Positions 35,769 through 47,700 of a stretch of 53,992 nucleotides of DNA are shown here, piece by piece (the first letter of the stretch is position 1; each line of letters opens with the position of its first letter). The position numbers and the translations under genes are program-made. Source of the stretch: a virus. Lineage: Duplodnaviria > Caudoviricetes. The notes below the pieces were generated by a model, which saw nothing but the letters and a program-made list of their open reading frames with translations, was not told where the DNA came from and made no database searches. The stretch covers positions 1 through 53,992 of the IMG/VR virus record IMGVR_UViG_3300037294_000227; one strand, written 5' to 3'.

Positions 35769-38700
35769 TTTTGGTAAGCGAATTGTTGCTCTGCGTAAGA
35801 ATCTGCTTATTGCATTATCTGATTGTGCTAGTGTTTTATTTGGTTCGTTCCAGACTTGACCAATTTTTCTTACAACTTCAATGCGCTGATCGGCCCAGCG
35901 TTCGGGTGCAATTATTTCACCAGTTATTGTATCTCTGGGTTCGATGTAAAGGTTGTTTCCATCAATTCTAAAGTCTGCAGAAATAGTGATATTACCTTCA
36001 TTACTGTCTTGTGCAAGAGTAGGCTGATAAACTTCAATTGCAGTATTTCTTAATCTACTGCCACCTAAGAACACATCTATTTCGTTAACACTCTCAGGCA
36101 CAAAATCCAAAGAATATTCAGTACTGGTTCCGTCTGCTGTCATTGTTTGTCTCAGTATTCTATCTTGGTATGTAATAGTTTCTTCAGGACCTTGTCCTAA
36201 CAATTCTGTGCCTGTGTCGTAGATTGTTTTGACGCCTGTGCCTAACGTTCCTCTTCTCAGCTGCAATAATGCGTTTCCTTTGATCTCGAAGTATTCTATA
36301 CGTTCGCCTTCGATGAACAACACGCCTGGGATATTTTTGGCGCGGTTGGGTTGGAAAATTCCTGCGGTGTTATCAAGTAAAATTCGAGCATCGTAGTAAT
36401 TAAGCGGAGTTGCTAATACATAGCTGTTGTCTTGGTTGAGACGTTTGTAGTGTGTTCGGTTGAGCATGTCTTTGAATATACGATATCCGTATTTCGGAGT
36501 TGACGGTGCAGTACCAAATTGTAATACATCAATTCTATCATTTTCGGACGGAACAACTTTTAATTGCACGGCATCGAGAGAATCAACAACTGTATAATCT
36601 ACATACGGTGTTAATAGAATTCCGTTTATTGCTACCCATGCATATGGAGTTCCGTAAACAGGCTTTCTTAATTGCAATATTCCTCGTGTTAGCAAGTTTC
36701 TCTTAACATATTCGTCTGTACCTTCGGCTACTGTAGTTTTTGAAAGTACGTCGTAGGTCATACGAGAAAAATTATTAATATCATGATTACTAAATGTGTA
36801 AATTTCGATGTTTTCACCACTGCTTGGCGGCACGGCAAATGTTAAACTGTCGCTTTCAACATAAAATACATCAGTAATTTTTACCTGTGTACTATCATTA
36901 TCTGCAATATCAACCACAAATTCAGGATCTTTTATAAATGCATTTCTAATATCAGGTCTGTAAGTTTCGATAACAACGCTGTTACCAATGACTGATTTTA
37001 CAATACCAATATAAACTTCATTGTCGTCAGTTGATGTCATTCTAAGTTCTGCCCCTACTGTTGCAAATCCTTCGATGTCAATTACACTGCTATCGACACT
37101 CTCAAAATCAATTTGTGTATCTACAAAATAATAATCGGCGTCGGAGATAACAAAAATATCCAATTTGCTTCCGATTGTTGCAATGTCATTTCTTAATATA
37201 CGAATTCTACTGTTTACAGGATCATATGTTACTTGTTCTTTTGTGAGTCTAACACCATCTGAATATACAATAACTTCTGCCGACGGAATATAAGAAGGGC
37301 CTGCAAACTGCCAAGATTCAATATCGTAATCGCGTTCTGTTGTTGCAGTATACGAAATACTATATCCCGGATTTAAAATTCGATTGTTGCTCTTAACCAA
37401 TATGTTGTGAGAGAACGGTCTTGCATTAAAAGGAATAGGACCGTCTACATTGAACTTGTGATAATTATTTTCACCGTTTGATTCAAATGTATTATCAATT
37501 TGCATTCTGCTGTAAGTTTGCAATAGTGAATCGTAAATAGTGTACTGAATTAAGTCATTTTCAGTAACATTGTTATTGATTATAGTAACTTGTACACGAC
37601 CCGTAGCATTTTCAGTAAGTGTATAATCTACATCAGGAAGTGCAACAACTCCATTTATTGTCATAATTGACGAAAGTTCTTCGCTGTAAACTGCTGCGGT
37701 GTCGTATGCTATAGTGCTACCATCATACACAATTGTATCAGTGTCAATGATATCAACACCATTGGTGCCTATGGTTGTAATTGTTAGATTATCCCCAATA
37801 GTACTATCGTCTAGAGTTAGTGTTTGAGCATTCCAATTTATTGAATAAAGCAACGAATCTAAAATAACACCGTCCAGTTTAACAATAACACTATCGCCTG
37901 TTTGCGGAATTTGAGGCAATGCAAATTCCGATGTGGTGCCGTCGATCTTGTAACTTGCAACCCCGATAATACCAACACCGTCGCTAGGTCTATGATACAC
38001 TCTAATATCCAATGTGTCCATTAGCTGTCCTGGTACTAGTTCCTCTGGTCCTTTGCTGGTTGTTTCTGTAACAAGGCCGTCGCCGTCTACTGTTATATCT
38101 TCGCTTGTTAATCCAGTAGCAGTTGAGTATGTTAGATTACCACTGCTTAGAGCAGTGTCATAGCTATTCTCAGTAGGAGTGAAACTGCCGTCGCTGGTAG
38201 ATTTTCTAATCACAACAATATCATTTGCACTAGTTGGAATTAATGATGTATCTATTTCAACTGTGGTTGTTATGCCGTCGCCGATTATTGTTTGCATTAC
38301 TGCATTAGGGTTAGTAACAGCACCACTACCGCTATAATTAATGTCGTCGAGGCGAACATTATTTAGATAGAAATTATACTCAACTTCAGTTTCTAACGGA
38401 CCAGCAAGCTCGAATATACTAGTACTGCCGTCAAGCACAAATATTTCGTCTTCATATGTATTGTCAAAAGTATCCCACGGAGTAGAACCAAATCCCTGTC
38501 CAAATTGTGGATCTGGATCCCATCCTTGAATATTGCCAAAATCTATACTTTCATAAATTGAACCACTGTACTCTACACCGTCCATTAACTGTGCTAAGTC
38601 TTTGCCTGGCATACCGGCAGTTGAGTTGTAAAATGAATAAATTCTATCTGCTGCGTCTAGCATCACAACATCTTTTTTATAGCTAATAGTTATCACACTG

Positions 38701-41700
38701 TTCAGCGCTGGTGCGTTAACAAACTCAACTTTTCCTAAATATCTATCATAGCTCTTAGTTGTATCAGATACATTAGATACAGCAAATGCACTACTCAATT
38801 GAATTTTATTATCTACATAAACAACAAAACTATCAGTTTTAATATTCATTGGCCATTTGAGATTGAATATTTCTTTTGCGCCAGTACCTGTAAATGTTTC
38901 AGTAACATTTAAATCAGTTAACAAATATGTACCTTTGATTCTATCAAATTTGATAATCAAGTGTGCTTTTCTTACGACGCCATTGCCAAGTATTGCAACT
39001 GCTTTAGCCGGAGTTCCACCTTCTTCTAATGTGCCGTCGATAGTAACAGTTGGTGCTTTATAAACCTTGCCACCTTTATTTGTAAGTTCTATAGTAGAAA
39101 CTTTGCCTCGGCTTAGATATGCCTTGGCCGTTGTGCCGTTATTTTCGGAGATTGTTACAATTGGTGTTTCTTTATATCCAGAGCCGCTGTCTGCAACACG
39201 TATTTCAACTACGTCATATCCGTTGTTGTCAACCCAGCTCTTGTAAGGATAAGCCATGTATTTTTCAACAATATCGGTTATTGCATTCTGGTTTTGTTTT
39301 GCAGCAATTGTTTCAATTTCTTTAGTTACAACATTGTAACTAGGCGGTACATCGAAGTCAGTTGTTAAGCTTGCAGTCGATTCAAGCTGGTTGTAAGAAC
39401 TGATGTATTCTCTAATTTTTGAACTAAATGGCTTGACTTCGTTAACATAATCTTCGTAGTTTTCCAAGTTGTCGTTTTGGAATGTAATTTTTTGTGCAAG
39501 AGTGCCAAGGTTGTGCTTTGCTCGAATAAAACTGGTTTTAAATGCCCAGTCAATATTTGATTGTTCGCTAAATGCATAACGCACACTTGCAAAAAATGTA
39601 TTATTGTATTCTACTGCTAAATCGCCTACAAATATATCATCTCTTAGTGCAGCTAAAATATTTCTTAATTCTGTTACTGGTTCTCTATCGTAAAACGCAG
39701 CATCATAAATTAATGCATCATATCCACTTGTAACTGTTGCATAATCATAAAGCCTAGTTGCTAACTGTATTGTACCGTTTTGTCGGCCAATGGTTTTGTA
39801 ATTTATTGTATAATCCTCAACTGGTTGGTTATTGATTTTTTCAAGTAACAGCCAACCGCCAGTTCCAATTGTGGTGATTTTTACAATATCACCAATTGAA
39901 TCGTTTAATGCAAAAAGTTCATAACTTTGATCTACAATATGAGTAATTGCAGTTAATTCACTATAGCCTGTTGCATACCAGTCTTTATAATTCCAATAAT
40001 TTGTTGTGTTAAATGACTGATTATCATTTCTTTCCCAAACCTGAGATGCCACGTTCCAATTGTATATTGCCCAGCGACCATTAATTTCTGAGTCACTGTT
40101 TACTAATACACTAAATTTACGTACAAACAATGTTGTGTCGCTACTGTATTTTTTACCTTGATTTTTTACAATTACATTAGTAACATGACCGAGATTGTTG
40201 ATTTCTGTTTGTAATATTGCTCCAGATCCAGTATCGGTGTTTATAACAATACTTGGCGGAACTTTATAACTTCTTCCTGGATCCTCAATAGTGACACTAA
40301 TAATTTTTCCGTTTTCAATAACCGGAGTCAGTGTTGCTTGTTTTGATTTTGCCACTCCAACAAAACGTAAATCATCAACGGTGTCTACAATCGAATCATA
40401 ATTTCCGCTGGTAATAATTGGAGGTTCGTCCTTTAACATAAGTTGGTCAATTACAAAATTGTCTACTATTTGATTTTTAATCAGTACATCGTTGACTCGT
40501 TCAACAAACTGCTTAACTGCTTCAAGTCTATTAACAAACATACTCTGTCTTGGATTATTCAATATACCATATTTTTGTTTAGGTGATAGACCAGTATCCG
40601 GAACAGGATTATTAGACAAATCATACCCAACCAAGCTATCATACCATTTTTGTTCGATTTCTGAGTTTGGTTTAGATACGTCTAGCCCCTCGGTTAATAA
40701 CTGATATTCTCTGTGTATATTGGTTTCTAGGGTTTCGTTTCTTTCAAACTCAATATGTAACACGGTATCGGTGCCACTTATTAGACTTTGAATATTATAT
40801 AGAGCAAATTTATTTGTGTCGAGTGGTGCTAGATATCTATATCCGCTAGCAGCAGGATTTCTAATTAATTGCTCTATATCATACGAACTCAAACGTCTTT
40901 TGATATTTGTAGGAACAACTCTATTGTTCCTTACCCAATAATAATAATAAGTAGTTGTCCTGCCACTGATGGTATCAATATCAGTTGAAGAGCTATAAAT
41001 TGTATCGTTGTACTTTGGAGTTCCGCTAATGCCTTTGACAAATCCTTCATTGGTGTCGGCTTGGTTGCGCCACTGCGACGGTGTTAACGTAGTTTTGACC
41101 CATTCGTAAATTTCAATACTGCCAGAATCAGCCAAGGAATTCCAATTGGCTGCTCTGTAATGTATATTGTCTTGATAAGGGTTTATCCATGTTGCACTGT
41201 CAATTGCCCACCATAGCTTTCCTACATAACTGTTTGTCCAATTCGAATTTACATCAACAGTTATACCAAATCTATCATTGTCGTTTGAACTATAAATTGC
41301 AGGATCATAAAATGTTTTAAATGAAATTTCTTGTTCTGCTGCGCCTGGTATTTTTCCTTGTCGTGGATCAACAACATCGAGATTAGCAATAATATCGTTA
41401 GTTTCTTTGCTGTACAAGAATACTCTAGAAATTTTATTTAAATTAACTTTTCCTGATTGTGCAGTTACTAGTTCCCAACTATTTTTGTTTATAGGGGCTC
41501 TCATGTCAACTAACATACCCAACGAACTGTCCTCTGAACTAATGTAGCCACTTTGTAAAATAGTGTCTGCATCGTCTGCTGGATTTATTTTAGGAAACCC
41601 TATGTACACATGATTATTATTTAATTTAAAGTTTGAAATATCGTTAAACTTAGTATTTCTATTATAAGAAAGATCTTCGCCGAATACAAAAGAATTACCT

Positions 41701-44700
41701 ATTTCTTGGAAGATTGCAATTCTTCCAGTGTCTTTAGTAACTGTAATAAACTGTGTGTTGTTGCCATCATATGTTGTCTTAAATGTATTTTCTTTACTTG
41801 TTTCGTCTAGTACATATCGTGAATAAATTGGATTACTAAATCCATCTCTTGTAATCATTACAAATTCTGGTTGAGAATATCGATCAAAAGTAGTGGCTAC
41901 TCTCTTGTCTGTATTCTTGCCGCTGATTGCTAGTTTGCTGTTGCTAAAACTAATTCCAGTACCAAATGCTTCGTTTTCTTCTGCAAAAGGACTTTGTAAT
42001 GTTTGTACCAAATTGTACGAAGAAATGTTGTTTGAGGTTGTTTTTTCATAAATGTATACAACTCCTTGGTCTATTCCTCTATTATCATTTAATGGTGCAG
42101 CAATAGCAAGTTTGTTACCGGTATTGTTAAGAGAAATAACATACCCAAATCCGTCGACACTATCGTCAGCATCAACATACTGAAGGAACGACCAACGACC
42201 CGATTGGTTTTCAAAAATTGAAACTCGTTCTGTTTTAATTGTTGTATTCTGTGCTAATAGCCCATAATCAGCAGAAGCTGCAATTGAAATAATATCGCCA
42301 AAATCGTTAACATCAAATTTTATACCAATATTAGTCGAAAGATTGTAAACAGTGGAATCGTCTTTGTCCGAAGCAAGGTACAAATCATGTGGAATATATC
42401 CTGTATATTCAACCGAATCAATGGGTGTCCATTTTAAGCTAACTGTAGGATTTTCAGTAACGCCATTGGTTGTTGCTCGATAGAGATTTCCGTTAAGAAA
42501 CACAATCTCGTTGTCGTTATATGTTACACTACTAGACCATTCGCCTTTGTAATTTCTATCTTTGGTGTTGCTCCATGCCGAGCTTGTGTCAGTTTCGAAG
42601 AAATAAATTTTACCTTGATCGATTCCAGCTTCGCCCGGGGCGCCGACAAATAATTTAGTAGTACCATACGAGGTTTGTCTTAGTTCAACTTTGTATCCAA
42701 AACGCTCTTCGGCAGTCGGAATTGGACTCATTATAACATGTTCTAAATTATAGTTATTTGTTATTGGATTTATTTTATAAAGATATACCACACCCTGATT
42801 GGTTAACCCACTAGAATTTCCAGCACTATCAGTTTCTAATAGATAGACAGGCTCCCAATCTTGTGTTAAATTTGTAATTGTACTGTTGTCGCCGTTTACA
42901 GCAATTTTAGCACGCCACAAAGTTCCGCGATCACTAACAATATCGCCTGCTGCATATGTACCAGTTGGTGTCAATTCGCCAACAAATTTTGTTAATGCGT
43001 TACTAGCATTAGGTGTACCCACTGCAATATAAACAGAATCTGCACTAATAGCTACGTCAAAACCAAATAACGAATCTTTATCAATAGTATTGTCAGGAAT
43101 GAGAACTTGAGATAAATCTTTTGTAAAACTTTCTGAGTTACGCTTGAGCACTCGAACGGATTCGTCTCTACCGAATAAAAAGTTGTCAATAGAGTTTACT
43201 ACCATAGTAGTATTAAATTTATTAACATCAAAACTTGATGCAAAGCCGTCGCCGTCGCCTGTTGGGTTTAACGTTTCTTCTTGCAGTGTAAATATTTTTT
43301 CATTTGAATAGACACCAAAGTTTCCATCGCCTTTGTTATCAATCCATACTTTATCGTCGAGATTTTCAATTATGTTTTGAATATTTAAATTTAAGTCATT
43401 TGCATTAACAAAGCGTCGTTTAACAAACTTGCTAATTCCGCCGACGCTACTGTCGTTGTACTCTTCTTCACTGATAGTAGTAGCAGTTAATATAACAACT
43501 TGATTTAAGAATACTTCTTTAACTTTGAAAAATCCATTGATTCCTGTATAATTAGAACGAATTCCGATAATATCATCAGCAACAAAATCAGTAACATTAT
43601 TTTCAAAATATACTGTAAACCCTGTGTTAGGGTCGGTTGGTTCAAAATCAATTTCTCTATCATCTGGCAACAAAGGAATAATATTAATGACAGAATTTTC
43701 AACTGCTACATTTCTATATACATTCCAGTCTCGATCTTCTCTTAATATCCAAACAAAGTCTCCTACAGAAACACTTTCAATTGGCAATAATGTTAATTGT
43801 TCTTTGACAATTGAAACAAAATTTACATCATTTTCACGTACATATCCGCTGTCAAAACCGATAACAGAGGTATCTGCCTTTTCAATAAAAATTGAATGGG
43901 TATAATCTGTTGGCTTTATTATTGCTGCTTGCGGTGTAATTTCATAAACTAAATCGGTTCGAGTATTACTAATTGAATTTGTCAATTCAAACAGTTGAGG
44001 TTCTAAATTAAATTTTGTTTCATCTAACTCGTACTCTACTTCATACGTATTTTCAACCGAACCATATTGTCCTACACGAATTCCCCATTCTTCATAAAAT
44101 TCTAAACTATCCTTGTCTGCATTACTAAGTGCATCAAACAGCTTTGTTAAACTATTTAATGTGCCTTTGTCCTGTATAAATCCTTGATAAAACTTATATT
44201 GACTTACACTATCTGTGATAATGTTTTGAAGGTAATTACGTTTTTGATATCCGATTAAATGCTGACCTAGACGCTGCTGTTCTGTATCAAAATTATCAGT
44301 ATCAAGATCGTAAAAATCTGCAAACTGATTTACTTTATAATCCCAGTTAGGGTATAATCTAGCAACGGGCTTTTCATTTAATATATTCCAAAAACTAGAA
44401 TCAAAAATATCTGTACTAGAATGTTTTTTGTTGGCTGCATAGTAAAACTCTTTGTATTTTACAACATCTCCAATTGCATAATCTTTCCATACACTCCACT
44501 CGGTTACTTTTGCATCATCGTAAAAGAACCCGGGAATGTACAATCCTCCAGTCCATTCATCAGTACGATAGCCGACTAGTTTTATACGCTCTTGTCTATA
44601 ACCAGGAGCAACATCGTAGATAGTATCATTAAAAACAGTGTTGTTGTCAATTAAGATAACATGTTCTTTTTGTACTAGAGGTAATTTAGCAAGGTATATA

Positions 44701-47700
44701 CCGTCATTGGTATTCTGAGGCTTGATGCCAAACTCGTTTTGGTTGCTTCTAAAAATATTACTAAACTCAGAATTAATTCTTGTACCAGACCCGCTAAGTA
44801 TATTCACATCGTAAAAGCCATCAAATATGTCATCAACAATATAATAATCTCTAGAAAATTTAAGTTGATTGGCTGCTGGACTAATAGTTAAAACTGTTCC
44901 AATGTCCCAATTTTGAGTTACCCAAAACATAAACTCTTTTAAACAAAGTTTCATATCTTCAAGAGCTTCGGTGTCTCTGTTGTAAAAGCTAAAATCAAAC
45001 CCTTGATTTATCAAATAGTGCTCGTACCCGAGCATAAAATTTGTAACTTCTTGTACTGAAGCAAGCACCGTACCGTATGGCAGCGAACTCACAGTTGGCG
45101 CAAAGTCTTTTCTAAGCAAAGTAGTTATGCCGCCGACCACAGGCAAACTAGGAAGCACTGCAAACTTAGTGACATCAAATTCAACTCCGCTGATGTGTGT
45201 AATAATAGTTCTAAAATACTTTCCATTATTGAATACAACATTACCAGCAACATATTGAGTATTACCTGTCCAGTTTACATAAGATTCGCTGACGCCGCCA
45301 ACTGTAATTGCGCTATCTCTTTGTCTAGCAATTGGTGCATTGTAATTAAACACTGGATCTTCTTTATCATATCCTGTTACAATGTAACCAGTTTGACTTT
45401 TTTCGATCATAATGCCGCTGAATACCGGAGTTTCCAAAGGACTGCTTACATTAAAGAAGATTTGATAATTTTCATCAGGAACAAACACGCTGGTTTTGTT
45501 CAACGGACTTCTACTATCAAGTACCAATTTTAATTTATTTTTATCAGCAAATCCTCCTAGCTTAACTGCTAGTTGGTTAACACTATTTTTTATCTGAGTT
45601 TGATAAGTATCGTATCTAGTTGTTACTTTGTTAACCATATAATCAGCAATATAATTAACCAATCCACTAGTCAAAATCAAAGCATTGTCAGTACTAATAG
45701 TTGGAAACACCAAGTCTTCGAGACGCAATCTTTTTGCAGTAGGAGTATAAATTAAATTTCCAACTATGTCTCGCTCAATTCTCGAACAATCAAACCCTAA
45801 GCCAAAAATATGAGTCGGCTGCAATATAGTCCAAGCAGTAATCAAACTAAATGGATATTCGCTACTGCGCCTCCACGCTGTTTCTACAGGTGATTCGTCG
45901 CCAAACTTAAAGTTATTTTTAGTTGGTACCAAAGAATAATCTTGGGCTAAACCACAATCTACCGGACTTAACAGTCTGCCATATTCGTCTACTGGAATAT
46001 TAGACAACAGGCCAACACGCTTGAACTTGTTATTTCTTATAAGCGGCTTCCCGGGTTCCTTGATTATTCCTTGTGCAAGATCTGCCCAAAGTATTGTATT
46101 GTCCTTAGTATAAGGAGCAGGACCGTAGGTGTCAGTCCACCATGTTGGCTTGATAGTGAATCCTAGCATTTCCCACGGATGTGTGTGAGGACGATCTGTA
46201 TCAAAATATTTTTTATAGATAGCTCTCCATGTTCCCGGTAACGGATTTCCTGCTTTGTCTCCCATTTCGGAATAATTATATGTAAACCCGTTGAGGTCGT
46301 TCCACGAAATATTGCTGCTGTAATCAGGCGAGCCGGCAATTTCTAACCACTGTGCAAAATCAGCTAATAATATATTGTCAATACTATGTTTAGTAAATCC
46401 AGTATTTCTATCAATTCCTGATACAAAATCAAATATGTCAATTTTGTCTGCAGAGTACTGACACTTAATATTGTTGTAGATTCTCATTTCTAATTCAAGT
46501 ATAAGTTCGTCTCTATAATCGCCGTATGCTTTTACCAAGCTACCGTCATGTCCTTGAATCATAGATGTAGTTTCAATGTAAGTGTTGTCTAGAATTAACA
46601 TAGGTTCAAACAGTGGATACAACCCTAACTTTGTAGGAGTAGGAGGAATATAAGAACCATTGGTACTTTCATATTCGTATACTTCAACAATATCGCCGTC
46701 TTGCAGATCTTGTAAAACATATACAAAATTGTCAGTGAACACATAGTCTTTTTTGTGTAGTAACTGTATACTGTTCAAATAAACTGTCACTGATTTGTTT
46801 GATAATGTAGTTAAATTAAACGATTTACTCAATGCAAAATAAGCAGGACCGTTGTATTCAACTGTGTGGATTGTTTTTGTTTCTGCACCCACACCTACCA
46901 TATCACTAAAATAAAATGGACGATACGAAGTTTTAGATTCTGCAAGAGTGCTTAAAATTAAATCAACGTGATCTTTAGCACTGCCGTGAAATCCGGTCTT
47001 GTTTGCTTCGTAAACAAATTGTCTTTTAAATTTTGCATACTCTTTTCTAGCAAATTTCAACGACTTTACTATGTTTGCATTTTTATCTGTTAAATTATAC
47101 AACGATAGATTGAATGGCCCGCTGTGTTGTACAAAACGTTTTCCGTATGCAGTGAGATTGCTAACGTCTCTTAAATTGCTGGTACCAGGAAACACTCCTA
47201 CAAATTCAGGATGGTCGTCTGTTATACTGTCAATATGATCGTTTACTTCACCAAGAGTAACTTCTGTGATGTTGTTGTTAAGAGGATTCTTTTCAAGGTT
47301 AATTGGAATTTCATAAAACCCGTTTGCATTTTTATTTGCACTGCTAAATGTCTTGATCAACAATATATCATCGACATTTAACGAAGTATTAAAATCTACA
47401 TATGCAATACCATTAATTCTCGAAATCGAGTAATCAATTGTTTCATATTTTCTTGCACTGTTTACCCATACTTTAATAACTAGATCAGTTAAGTTACCAC
47501 TTTTATTATACACATCAATTGGAAAATTATTCAGTTGTGTATTAAGGGTACGATTTCTAATCACACCTTGAGTACTTTTAGCAACTGCTTTTTTCCAACC
47601 ATTTTCATAAGAAAAGTTTTCGCCAGTATTGTCAAACTTTTTTACAAAGGCAGTATCGGTATTAATATCAATTTCTATGTCCATGTCGGATTGATAATTA